A stretch of 64,000 nt of DNA from Octopus bimaculoides. Lineage: Eukaryota. The position numbers and the translations under genes are program-made. The stretch spans positions 15,086,417-15,150,416 of the forward strand of contig NC_068995.1 of the NCBI RefSeq assembly GCF_001194135.2, written 5' to 3'. The first letter of the stretch is position 1. Each line of letters begins with the position of its first letter. Positions 1-12,291 of the stretch are shown here, in pieces. The notes under the pieces are model-generated. The model searched no databases. It worked only from the letters and a program-made list of their open reading frames with translations, and was not told the DNA's origin.

Positions 1-2404
1 CCTCAAAATTTCAGGCCTTGTGCTAATAACAGAAAGGAATATTAATTTATGTTTCAAACTTTACATTAATAATGGTTTCAAATTTTGGCACAGGGATAGC
101 AATTTGTGGGGAGGAAGTTAGTCAATTTCATCAACCCCAGTACTTAACTGGTACATATTTTATCAACCTCGAAAGGATGAAAGGCAAAGTCAATCTTGGC
201 CAAATTTGAACTCAGAATGTAAAGACAGATGAAATGTTGCTAAGCATTTTTCCCAGGGTCTTAACAATTCTACCAGCTTGCTGCCTTAAACTTTACATTA
301 ATAATAATTTCAAATTTTGGCACAAAGCCATTCATTTCGGAGGAGGGGTTAAGTCAATTGCATCAACACCAGTGCTCAAATGGTACTTATTTTATCGATC
401 CCGAAAGGATGAAAGGAAAAGTCAACCTCATCAGGATTTGAACTCAGAATGTAAATATGGATGAAATACCACTAGGCATCTTGCTTGGTGTGCTTAACTC
501 ATTAGCATTTAAGCTAGTCATATCTGATTAAAATACTCTGTCCAATACATGTTCAAAACTGGTCATATCCAGTCTCTCACACTTGTCATGGAGGTATATG
601 GCTTAGTGGTTAGGGTGTTGGACTCATGATGATAAGACCGTGGTTTTGATTCCTGGACTGAGCAACGAGCTGTGTTCTTGAGCAAAACACTTCATTTCAC
701 ATTGCTCCAGTCCACTCAGCTGGCAAAAATGAGTAACCCTGTGACAGACTGGTGTCTTGTCCAGACGGGGAATTTATATGCCATGGAAAACAGACCTTAT
801 GAGTCGCCATGACTCGAGAAGGTAACTTTACCTTATCTTATTTTTACCACATACCTGTCCAACAATACCACGCTTAATATAAACCACCACAACACTGAAA
901 TCTCAAAATAACACATGATTAATTCAAAACAATGAATAAATAAGCATTACATTTGGCAGAATAATCTGAATACTGAAGGGTTAATGTATCTACAGTGATG
1001 TAATCCTCTGTCTTACCCTTTACATTTTAGACATGCAACATCCAAAATAAACTTTTTTTTTCTGAAGGCTTTGGAGACTAGTGGCAGGGAAGAAGGTAGT
1101 CCTTCTCAGACCAGAAGCCTGGCTATGAATGCTTGCTGCAGAGTGAACTCTGCCTAACCCTTTAGCATTCAGATTATTCTCTCAAATCTAATGCTTGTTT
1201 ATCCATATTGTTTTGAATTAAGCCTGCATTATCCTGTGGCTTTGAGATTTCAATGATGCAATTGTTTATTTTCAGAATAACATTGTAGGGTAGGGGTGAG
1301 AGGCCGGATATAGCCACTTTGAACATAAAACAAGTAGAATATTAGGGCTGGATAATGGGTAAAGACCCTTTCAGTCATGAATGACCATAGGATTGCACCT
1401 AGGAAGTTCCCCTGCAAGGCACAAGACCAGCAGTCGCCCGTGCATACCAGCGTCCCCTCTCCATGTCACCAATGTTATCCAAGGGAAAGGCAAAGGCAGA
1501 TATAGCTTGGCACCAGTGATGTTGCAACTCATTTCTACAGCTGAGTGAACTGGAACAATGTGAAATAAAGTGTCTTGCTCAAGAAAAGCACAACACACAG
1601 CCCGGTCTGAGAATCAAACTCACTACCTCATGACTGTGGGCCCCGTGCTCTAACCACTTTTTAGGGATGGATTGGCTGGTTTAAACACTAAAAGCTTAAG
1701 GCACTTGAGGACCAAGCAATTGTGTTAAACCAAGTAAAAAATAAAGCCTACCACTACAACCACTGCTGCTGTCATTGTCATCATCATCCTATTTTACTAT
1801 AATGGTGAAACAAGTGATATAATTTGAGAAAGAACAATAGAATATCAGTGTGTGTGTCCGTGTGTGTATGTTTCTGTGCATGTGTTTATGTGTACCCTAG
1901 ACTTGACATCACATGACAGTTGTAAATGAGCATCACTGTCATACAAGCAAAACCATGTAAAAGCATCTGTGCGGTGCCACATAAAAGCACCAGTTGATAG
2001 AGGAAGCCATCTGTGTTTTACAGGCAAATTTGGATACATACAATCTACTCCAGTCCATATATTCTACCTGTTTCATGTTAAAACTGGCCAAATATGGCCT
2101 CTCGCATCTACCTTTCCCAAAATAAACAGTCATATCATTGAAATTACAAAGTTACAAAGTAATGCATGGTTTATCTTTTTACCATGATATGGAAGGCAGA
2201 TGCTAAACGATGATGGTGAAGATTTCTGCTGGAATACACTTTTATGTGGCACCACCATGAGTGTTTTACATCACCAGAAGGATCAGTCTTGACACTTCTG
2301 GTGGTGTACCAGTAATCTGAATGCTAAAAAGTTAATGCCATAACCACAAGAGATTCATGCAAACGAGAAGACTCCTTCATTAATAGTAGATGTTAATTAC
2401 TTAC

Positions 2405-2599
2405 TGAAAAGTGTAGATGTATTGGAAGCATTATTGAAACTGTTGTCATCAGTTAATTGTAAAGATTCTACCCGCCTAGCTTCAACAGTCTCTCTGTGAG
2501 AATTAACAATGTTTTCTTCCATTTCTTCTTCTTCCTCCTCCTCCTCGTCATCTTGTTTCTTATATTGTTTGTTCTTCTTTTCAACATTATTACAATCTT
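2405..2599 (-). CDS. Candidate exon of an unidentified minus-strand gene (acidic, low complexity)
   Basis: Acceptor tttttgcag and donor GTAAGT; 195 nt, phase 1-1, open frame DCNNVEKKNKQYKKQDDEEEEEEEEMEENIVNSHRETVEARRVESLQLTDDNSFNNASNTSTLF. No recognisable domain. Confidence 0.4.
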
Positions 2600-5344
2600 C
2601 TGCAAAAATAATCAAAATTATTTGATTTGACAATTACAAGAAAAAAAAAAAAAAAAAAAAAGGACTGAACCGGGAACCATGTGGTTGGGAAGTAACCTCC
2701 TCCTTACCGAGGAAGTAAAATATATACATAGTCAAATGAATGTGATATGGCCATATTTGAATACATGGAAGCGTAATATGTCTTTGAGCTGATCTACAGA
2801 TGTAGAAGAAGAAGAAGACAAAATGGAACAGACCTTTGTAGTAGCCATAGTACTGCAAATGTTTTCTCATGAAGTTGTCATATGGATTGTCCTAAAAAAC
2901 AGAAAGTGTATAATTTTCAACATCGTTAATTTAAACTAGTCTCATATTTTAAGAGCAGAGATCAATTAAAAATGCATACGTGTGTGGAAGCATGTGGCTT
3001 AGTGGTTAGGGTGTTGGACTCATGATTGTAAGATTGTGGTTTTGATTCCAGGACTGGGTGACACATATTGCTCTTGGGCAAAATACTTCATTTCGTATTG
3101 CTCAGGTCCACTCAGCTGGCAAAAATGAGTAATCCTGCGACAGACAGGTGTCCCGTCCAGGAGGGGAATACATACGCCATGAAAGAGAAACCAGCCCTTA
3201 TGAGTCGGTATGATCCAAGAAGGAAACTTTACTTTTACCTTTATATGTGTGTGAGTGTGTCTATTTATGTGTTTGGCCAGACTCAAGATAGGTCAATGCT
3301 GTGCTGATGATGACCATTGAGGTAGAAACACATCTTTTATCCTTTGCTTGTTTCAGTCATTAGACTGCAGCCATGCTGGAGTACCACACTGAAGAATTTT
3401 AGTGGAATGAATCGACCCCAATACCTATCATTTTTTTGTAAAGCTTGGTGCTTATTCTATCAGTCTTCTTTTGCCAATAGAACACATCTTCAGAGCAGTC
3501 AACTTGTCTCTGGAGAAAACCAAATTTTCTTTTCCAATTGTCTAACTGCAGCCAGTGTGGTCACACTCGGTTGAAGACAAGAGTTTACATTTACCAATAA
3601 TCTCATGTCTTTTATGAACTGTATTGCTGTTGGCACTATTAGCTTGCAGTCTGTATGTTGCTGCTCATTTGCTTCTGTTGCTTTCAAGACATCCTTGCAC
3701 TTTGTAGGATAGGATGTTGCAACTGGGGACTATCTTTTCTGTAAAATTATTGATGGAAACCTTTATGAATTTGTTTTGCAAGATTCATGATGTGGAATCA
3801 TGTGTTGAAACAGACATTGTTATATTTCAAGATAGTTATTTTTTTTTTCTTTTTTGCCAAATAAACACATGCCCTATGTATTTATTCTCATTATATCTTA
3901 TGTCCATTGTCTGGAAATCTAGATGTCCAGACAGAAGACATAAGATAAGATAAGAACAATAATCTTTTCTACTCTAGGCACAAGCACTGAAATTTTTGGG
4001 GAGGTGGGGGGCCAATCGATTAGATCGACCCCAGTACACAACTAGTACTTAATTTATCGACCCTGAAAGGATGAAAGGCAAAGTTGACCTCGGTGGAATT
4101 TGAACTCAGAAGAAATACTCCTAAGTATTTCGCTTGGCGTGCTTATGTTTCTGCCAGTTCGCTGCCTTAGAAGATAAGAACAATAATAAATGAGTGAAGA
4201 ACGAATATATAGTGCATGTGTTTATTTGGTAAGGGAAAAAACAAAATTACCAGCCTGAAATACAACAATATTAATGGAAACTTTATTAATCAAAAAGCAA
4301 TTGTAAGTAAAAGAAGAAATTGAAGAAATGCTATTTCAAATACAGTTGCAATTGTATAATAAAGGAAAGATGCAAATGATATGCAAATATGAGCTCCAAA
4401 TGTGAAATTTGAATGATAATAGATATAGAAAATGTAAATGAGGAAGAGAAAGGGAGAGAATAGGAGATAACGAGAGGAGGAGAGGTAGAAAGAATGGGAG
4501 AGAAAGGGAAGTCAAAAACAGTAGCGGGGGAGTGGAAAGAATTAAGAAATAGTAGTAGAATGAGAGGGAGAGAGAGAGTGGCAGTAAAAGAAATTAAAAT
4601 TACTAAAGTAAAAATAAAGTAAAGAAGAGCCGACAACAGTGGAAGCAGAAAAGCTTTCTATGAAGAGTGGGAAAAGGTAAAGAAGCACAAGATAGTAGAA
4701 GAGAGAGAGAGAGAGAGGAAGAGAGATAGGAGAAGAACTGACCATTAAAATAAGAGAAACAGTGAAGCAAAGAAGAGAAAGAGAAAAGTAAGCAGAGAAA
4801 TGGAAGAGACGTTTGAATAGCATTGGAGAAAGAGAGGAAGATCAGTTAGTAAAAAAAAGGAGTTTAAGGAAAAAGAAAGAGAGAAAGAAAGGTAGAAGGA
4901 AGGAAATTATGAAACGAAACAGAAAGAGTGACAGTGCAATTGATTAGGGAGAAAAATAGGTGTCATACTCAATGACTGGCGGGGCAGTCTCATCATCAAC
5001 TGCTGTAAATCATTGTCATCATCATTTAACGTCCGCTTTCCATGCTAGCATGGGTTGGACGATTTGACTGAGGACTGGTGAAACCGGATGGCAACACCAG
5101 GCTCCAATCTGATTTGGCACAGTTTCTACAGCTGGATGCCCTTCCTAACGCCAACCACTCAGAGAAGGAAATAGAAATACTCAAGAACAGGCATGGGCTT
5201 CATTTTCTGAGAAGAAGCTGCATGAGACATGGTTCATCATCAGGTAGGCTCCACTACTAAAGAAACTGAAGATAATTTTTCATTAGGCATGCCATTCAGT
5301 ATGTCCTGTGAGCTGCAGTTTGTCCGTGACTGATCTACAAAGAA

Positions 5345-5635
5345 CCGACTATAGAATTATCAACCTGATTGATCAAGTTACGAAAGTAACATAAAGAGTT
5401 ATAAACACAATTAGTAAGGAAGATGATTAGTTTAGATGAGATGCAATCTGGGTCTGTCTCAGGGCAAAGTACCACTTATGCTCTCATCCCAGTGAGACAG
5501 CTACAGAAGAAGAATGTTAGGTATAGAGACTCTCTCTCTTTGCTAAGAGCTGCAGTGGAAATTCTAGCAGAGAGTAAGCCACTATGTTGAGCATTCATAC
5601 ACACAAAGAAAGGTTTTGATGGTGTATCACACCCT
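5345..5635 (+). mobile_element. RTE-clade LINE reverse-transcriptase remnant
   Basis: Degenerate translation DYRIINLIDQVTKV...LDEMQSGSVSGQSTTYALIPVRQLQKK...KPL..AF..KKGFDGV resembles RTE RT motifs NYRGI.LL / DEMQFGF..G.STTDAIF.VRQLQEK / KAFD. Confidence 0.65.
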
Positions 5636-5859
5636 GTACCCTGGGAGTAACTGGGTAAAATAGGTATAAATGAATGGCTTAGAAAATGTATGTACAGGTG
5701 CAGACATGGCTGTGTGATAAGAAGCTTGCTTACCAACCACATGGTTCCGGGTTCAGCCCCACTGCATGGCACCTTGGGCAAGTGGCTTCTACTATAGCCT
5801 TGGGCTGACCAAAGCCTTGTGAGTGGATTTGGTAGACAGAAACTGAAAAGAAGCCTGTC

Positions 5860-5891
<32 letters not shown>

Positions 5892-6427
5892 GATGGGTTT
5901 CTTTCAGTTTCTGTCGACCAAATCCACTCACAAAGGTTTTGGTCAGTCCAAGGCTATAGTAGAAGACACTTGCCCAAGGTGTCATGCAGTGGGACTGAAC
6001 CTGGAACCATGTGGTTGGAAAGCAAGGTTCTTATCACACAGCCACACCTGCACCTGTAACTATGGATATGTAATAAAGCTGGTGGGTGATAAGGGGAGAG
6101 AAAGGTGTTAAGTGATCCCAAGTAGAAGGAACTGGTAGAAAAAGGAAAACCAAGGAGGATATGGAGGGGGGGGGGAACAAAGGCGACAAGTGGTGAGACA
6201 CACTGAGCAGGAGGAGGCTTGTGTATACTATGTAAGCATGGAAAAAGTGGATGATAATGATAACAATGATTGTGGTGGTAGTGGTGGTGACTGCAGTAGT
6301 GATGATGATGATAATGGTGATGATATTGTTGATGAGGGTTTATACTGAAGATGAGAATGATGTTTATGGAGGTGGTGGTGGTGATGATGATGATCTAACT
6401 TTTGATAATGTTCATAACAATACTCAC

Positions 6428-6489
6428 TGAATGTATAATGGATACATTTGTCATATCCATTGACATCTCGAATTCAGTGCTTGATGGAG
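6428..6489 (-). CDS. Candidate small exon, unidentified minus-strand gene
   Basis: Strong polypyrimidine acceptor ttttcttcttccttttttcaaccag and donor GTGAGT; a single open frame, PSSTEFEMSMDMTNVSIIHS. Confidence 0.3.
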
Positions 6490-6631
6490 CTGGTTGAAAA
6501 AAGGAAGAAGAAAATTTATGTATAGATAAATAGAAACATCATTATTTGTAAATCTCTCAAAGAGAGAGATATTCAGTAACAATTCTTTAAAGTAAAGACT
6601 ATTTGCCAACATAATGTGGCTGTCCTGAAAA

Positions 6632-6869
6632 GGATGGTTGTTACTGTCGTTTAGCCTTAGGAAACATCATTTCCAGCTGGCTATACGGCACAATATCTGT
6701 GTCCTTATGTTTTCGGAAAGGGAGTCCAGCACTCCCATCCAGCTCAAAGAAACTGGTCCACAGATGTTGCTTTGTGCTGGATGGGAGTGCTTTTCGAAAA
6801 TATAAGAACACAGATATTAGCCAACTGGAAACGCTGTTTCCTAGGGCTAAACAACAGTAACAATCATCC
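6632..6869. mobile_element. About 240-bp imperfect fold-back element related to the hammerhead insertion
   Basis: Long inverted arms (ttactgtcgtttagccttaggaaaca / tgtttcctagggctaaacaacagtaa). The loop retains GAAACTGGTC (6749-6758), and the arms are homologous to 33489-33590. Confidence 0.65.
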
Positions 6870-9800
6870 CTTCCATATTCCGTTAGCAAATAGTCTTTAC
6901 TTATGTGCAAGCGTATACTCTTTTACTTGGTTCAGTCATTTGACTGCGGCCATGCTGGAGCACCACCTTTAGTCGAGCAAATCGACCCTAGGACTTATTC
7001 TTTGTAAGTCTAGTACTTATTCTATCGGTCTCTGATGCTTTATTTATTGACCCCTGAGAGGAAAAATCAAAAAGATTTGGGGACATTTGAACTTGGAGTT
7101 CAGAGATGCAGAACAAACACCAAAGGCATTTTACCGAATGCCCTAACAATGCTGCCAACTCACCACCTTATTTTTTTTTATTATGCCAGATATAAAGAAA
7201 ACATTGCAAGTGATGGATGTCATTCATCTCAACTGATTGACACGCTAACAGGCTCTGAGGTAAGAAAGGTGCCTCTATGTGGTCGCTTGACCTGCTAGAA
7301 ACAGCAGCCAAATTTCTCTCCCATCACAACCTGCTGTTTTCAAAAAGGAAAAGGAACAACATATCGTAGTAGTACCTGACATACAAAAATGTTGAGATGT
7401 CATGAACCTAACACTGTTGATCATAGGTCTGCTTGATCAAGACTGAATAGCAACAACAACAACAACAGCAGCAACAATAACAACATGTTCTGGAATATGC
7501 ATCCAGTGCTTTGATGTCAAAGTAAAGTAGTGAAGATATTGATTCTAAGATTATAAGCTGACACAGCTTCATCAGCCTTGTGTTTGTGTTGTTTAGTATA
7601 GCCAATCTATACTACACTGAATGATTCAGCTTTCCCAGTCAAAAACATGAACCGCATTAGCTTCTTACATGTAGTTGTTTAGCCCTAGGTCAACCCTGAT
7701 CTAACTGACTTATGAGAAAAGGAGAACAAGCCATGACCATCCAATCTTTTTAGGAAGATCTTGGACTATATTAACCAATATGTCCTTCACTTTTTTAAGA
7801 TGGTGGTGGTAGCGGAAAGATTTGTCTGCTCTTTCTAGCATATGGACAAACCACACAGAGGTTCTTACAGTCTTGTCTTTACATGATTTTATGCGTTGGT
7901 AGGTAAAATGAATATAACATGAATAAAATAAAATATGTTAGTGGCATGTAAAAAGCACCCAGCACACTCTGTTAAGTGGTTGGCGTTAGGAAGGGTATCC
8001 AGCCGTAGAAAGTTGGAGTCTAGACAGCTCCCTGCTAGCCAGTTCCATGTCAAACTGTGTAACCCATGCCAGCATGGAATGTGGATGTTAAATGATGATG
8101 ATGATGATGATGATGATGAGGCTACAGTAAATTTTGTCACACTTGCTATTTGAGTATCTCCTAATGTTTGAAAGGCTTTTAAGAACCATAACTTGACTGT
8201 CATCATCATTTAATGTCTGTTTTCCATGCTGGCATGGGTTGGATGGTTTGCCTGAGGTCTGGAAAGCCAGCGGCTGCACCAGGCTCCAATCTGATCTGGC
8301 AATGTTTCTACAGCTGGATGTCCTTCTTAATGCCAACCACTCTGAGAGTGTAGTGAGTGCTTTTTATGTGCCACTGGCACAGAAGCCAGTCAGGAGGCCC
8401 TGGCATCGATCATGTTCGGATAGTGATAGATGTCAGGGCTGCCTGACTGGCTCCTGTGCAAGTGGCACATAAAAAGCACCCACTATACTCTCAGAATGGT
8501 TAGGGTTTATAATATCAGACAGATAAGAAACGAATTTACATCTGGATAAAATGCCAGGCTATCTTAGATAATTTGGAAGCTATTCCTGGTAGCTAGGTGA
8601 ACTAAGGTCTAAAACGTAGAAGAACTATGCAGAATACTAAGACACATGACCTGCATGAAAACCAAACGGTAACATCAATGTTAAAAGTATCAACAACAAC
8701 CAGGTCAACCTCAAGTCATATCCTGTTGTCATGTAAAGAGAACAAATACATTAGATAATAATACTCTACTATGAAGGTACATGGCTTAGTGGTTAGGGTG
8801 TTACACTTACAATTTCCAGATCATAGGTTTGATTCCAGGATAGGGTGGTGTGTTGGTTCTTGAGTAAAAAACTTCATTTCTCATGTTCTAGTGCTGTGTG
8901 GGGACTGGCATACCAAAGAATTGACCCAACATTTCTTCTGTATGTCATAAAAGAAGTTGAAGTAGGATTTGTGCACAACCCTCACCGACAATGAATACCC
9001 AAACAGACCCACGGGTTGGAGGGTTGTCGCCTGTGTAGTGCAAAAAGCATCGTCCACCAGGAATAGGGAATCACAAACAAATAAATGGTGGATGCAGTGA
9101 CACACTGTTACAGCACACACCTTCATATTACTACTCCTACTACTACTACTATAGTGTATCCACCACTTCAGTGCTGGGTCTACTTGTTTGCATTTCCTCC
9201 ATCATTTTACATGAGCCATGACCTCTTCAGAGCACACATTGATGGTTAAGCTGTCCAGTTACTACTTCTTTGGTCTTCCACTGTGTCATTTGCATTCCTG
9301 GTTCAGCCAGAGAGCAGTTATAGTCACAGATACTCTTCCCGGAGAATTTGGGGTCGTACCAATGCAGTAGAGCTTCTTGCATGTCACCTGGGACCAGGGC
9401 AACACTATGTTTTCTGCATGTCTTTGCTCATGACATATGACAATGTGTATTCTGCATGTCATAAGAAACAACTACGAGGGTTGGTATTAAGAAGGACAAT
9501 AACTAGCCATAAAACACTGCCTCGAAAATGACTGTTTAAGCCATGTCAGCATGGAAAGGTGGACATTAAAATGATGAACATATTTATGACATGGTTGGAG
9601 CCAACAGTCCAATGAAATAGAAACATTTCTATGCAATGTAAAGCTCACTCATGTTACTTTGTCATTGGCAAGAATTCAGTCTGATATAATGCTATTACTC
9701 TTACTCTTTTACTCGTTTCAGTCATTTGACTGCGGCCATGCTGGAGCACCGCCTTTTATTCTTTGTAAGCCTAGTACTTATTCTATCAGTCTCTATTTTG

Positions 9801-10464
9801 CTGAACTGCTAAGTTATGGGGACGTAAACACACCAGCATCGGTTGTCAAGCGATGGTGGGGGGACAAACACACATATATACGACGGGCTTCTTTGAGTTT
9901 CTGTCTACCAAATCCACTCACAAGGCTTTGGTCGGCCCGAGGCTATAGTAGAAGACACTTGCCCAAGGTGCCATGCAATGGGACTGAATCCGGAACCATG
10001 TGGTTGGTAAGCAAGCTACTTACCACACAGCCACTCCTGTGCCTATTGGTCAGTGTTTTTTTTCTCTTCACTATGGGTATAACCTTAATTCAAATATTTT
10101 AGCATATAGCATTATTTAGATTAACTACTTGTTCTTCATTCAGAAGGAAACCCTGGATAATTTCCCTCGATCATTCTTTTCAACTGCCATGCATGTCTGC
10201 ATTTTCTCACTACAAATCTTTATATCTCTCAGAATGGACCCAAACTGTTTTCCTAAGGAGATTTGATAAGACTGAGAGATGTCTGACTAATTCATGCCTC
10301 CATTAAATTTTAAGTAATCTTGTTCGAATTCATCTTACTGCAGTTTCAGAGACTCTATAGGTGCCACCCCCACTACCCTGGCCATTGAAATAATTAAAAC
10401 AATTGTCTCTAATTTAGACATAAAGTAATTTTTATCAGTAATTTTAAGAGAGGTAATCAATTAT

Positions 10465-10662
10465 GGTACTACTAAAGCAGCGCGGACCCGAACGCGCAGT
10501 CGCGCGTCCGCGCTAGCTAGTCGTGAGTGGTCGATCCTAACCTTAACCCTAAACACGTATTCATTTGCACACGCGGGTTAGGGTTAGGGTTAGGATTGCC
10601 CACTCAATACTAGCTAGCGCGGACGCGCGACTGCGCGTTCGGGTCCGCGCTGCTTTAGTAGT
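10465..10662. mobile_element. Merlin-like MITE: perfect 54-bp inverted repeat with internal (TTAGGG)n-like repeats
   Basis: Starts GGTAC; 10468-10521 is the exact reverse complement of 10609-10662. The right terminus and TSD are hidden by a 10-N gap. Confidence 0.6.
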
Positions 10663-11535
10663 NNNNNNNNNNAGTACATGACTGATACTTTACTTTTATT
10701 GATTCCGAAAGGATGAAATGCAAAGGTGATCTGGGCAGGACTTGAACTCAAAACGGAAAGCCGTGACTAAATACCGCAAGACATTTTTCATTAATCAACC
10801 TTCTAAATGTTTTAACGTCATTAAGGAGTTTATACTGACCGTTCTTTGCAAACCTCTATATTCTCAAATTCATTATTTCAATCTTCGACTGCGTCGAGTC
10901 TTTCTCTTTCTACAATCTAAATTCAAATTCCAGCCTGAGAAATAATTTTCAGGAATTTACTGTGGCGGTGCAATTTACTTATAGTCTACACATATATCAA
11001 TAATGTATTATTGTTTTAAAAGGCAAACTCGCTTCTAAACATGATACAATTATTTCAGTTTCAACACACGAGCTCAGCTCAAAATCCCTTGTCAAACAAG
11101 TACAACCACGAAACTTTCACTCACAACATTAATTAAAAGGAATATTTCTTCATAAAGTTAAGATATATAAAAATGTGGAATAATTAAAAAAAGAAACAAC
11201 AACGAATAATAATGAAAAGACCATTCGATCTTCCAAACTAAAACTATACAAAATAATGTTTATCAAGGCACAAACCTTTGAAAGTATGTTAATTTGAGAA
11301 TTCAAGAGTCCCGGGTTAAAAACGTCACCAACAACGCGTTGCTAGATGCGCAGTGATCTCGCAGAATGATTACTAATAGTGTTATAAATTTTAAATTTCA
11401 ATCACAGTTATTTCAATTCTAATAAATTTAAAATAATTTATGTTTTAATTATTAAGCAAGATTTTGATGACTATCTGAAAATTTAATGCTCATAATTAAA
11501 TCAATCGGACGCCAGTCGTATGCGGTTCGACTTCT

Positions 11536-11600
11536 ACTTCCGTTTATATTGACTTAGCCTTTCCGGTTGCTTACATTGTTGAGCATAGAGGCAAAGATGG
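11536..11600 (+). promoter_or_regulatory. RPL39 core promoter / 5'UTR with TCT (5'TOP)-like initiator
   Basis: Polypyrimidine CCTTTCC at 11558-11564 lies about 38 nt before the ATG. ETS-like ACTTCCG is at 11536-11542 and a YY1-like AAGATGG overlaps the start codon; the context is locally CpG-rich. This layout is typical of ribosomal protein genes. The TSS is inferred. Confidence 0.6.
11597..11599 (+). CDS. RPL39: 60S ribosomal protein L39, coding exon 1 (ATG only)
   Basis: GCAAAG-ATG followed by donor GTGAGT; joins exon 2 in phase 0. Confidence 0.85.
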
Positions 11601-12104
11601 TGAGTTAAAATATATCTCTTAATTTATCTATGAATTATCCAGCATCTGTCCATAAAATATCGCTCTTTTATAAATTAATATTTAACAATTAAGAATCTGT
11701 AGCTATTTTAAAAATTTTGTTTGTATTTCATTAGACAATGCTCATATATTATTGCATTTTTCCCCACGAGATAGTTATTACGTTTGTAAAATTTTCTCAT
11801 TCCTCGAATTATTTCATTTTCTGATCTTAAACAGACTGCTGAACAGTTATACATTAGCATATCACGCTATTTTATGACAATGCTTAAAGAAATATATATT
11901 TGTACCCCATGCTTTCATATTGTGAATTAATATGTATATATAACGGTTATCGCCTCGGCGAACTTTTAAAGATTATTTAGTAAGTATGGATCCTCGTCCG
12001 ACTTATTTAATAATGTTTAGCATGTTTCTACTATATATAACTTAATCTATGGGCATTTGATAAGCCATCAAATAAATGACCAGCTATTTATATATAAAAG
12101 ACGG

Positions 12105-12291
12105 GGTACACATTGGGATTAGACACTGAGGGAAAACCGCTGTAACTTTTTTATTTTTCATTTTGGCGATTTATAGGGGGAATCGCATGACCGTGATATG
12201 TAGAACACATTATCGAAAGCGAAAATCGCCAAAATGAAAAAATAAATAAGTTACAGCGGTTTTCCCTCAGTGTCTAATCCCAATGTGCACC
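12105..12291. mobile_element. 187-bp MITE with ~67-bp TIRs and apparent 5-bp TSD (GACGG)
   Basis: GGTACACATTGGGATTAGACACTGAGGG... / ...CCCTCAGTGTCTAATCCCAATGTGCACC; GACGG at 12100-12104 and 12292-12296. Confidence 0.75.

Noticed and set aside
4331-4960. Hydrophobic ORFs on the minus strand (also 24962-25267)
   Set aside because: Translations of GA-rich low-complexity sequence with no splice or homology support.
5476-5985. 169-aa minus-strand ORF
   Set aside because: A composite of a SINE and the antisense of an RTE remnant.
7555-7585. Minus-strand CTGATGA-agctg-tgt-cagct resembling hammerhead stem II
   Set aside because: No GAAA, stem III or stem I follows.
10575-10594. Interstitial telomere or chromosome-fusion scar
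   Set aside because: Only three repeats, and they are part of the MITE's inverted arms.
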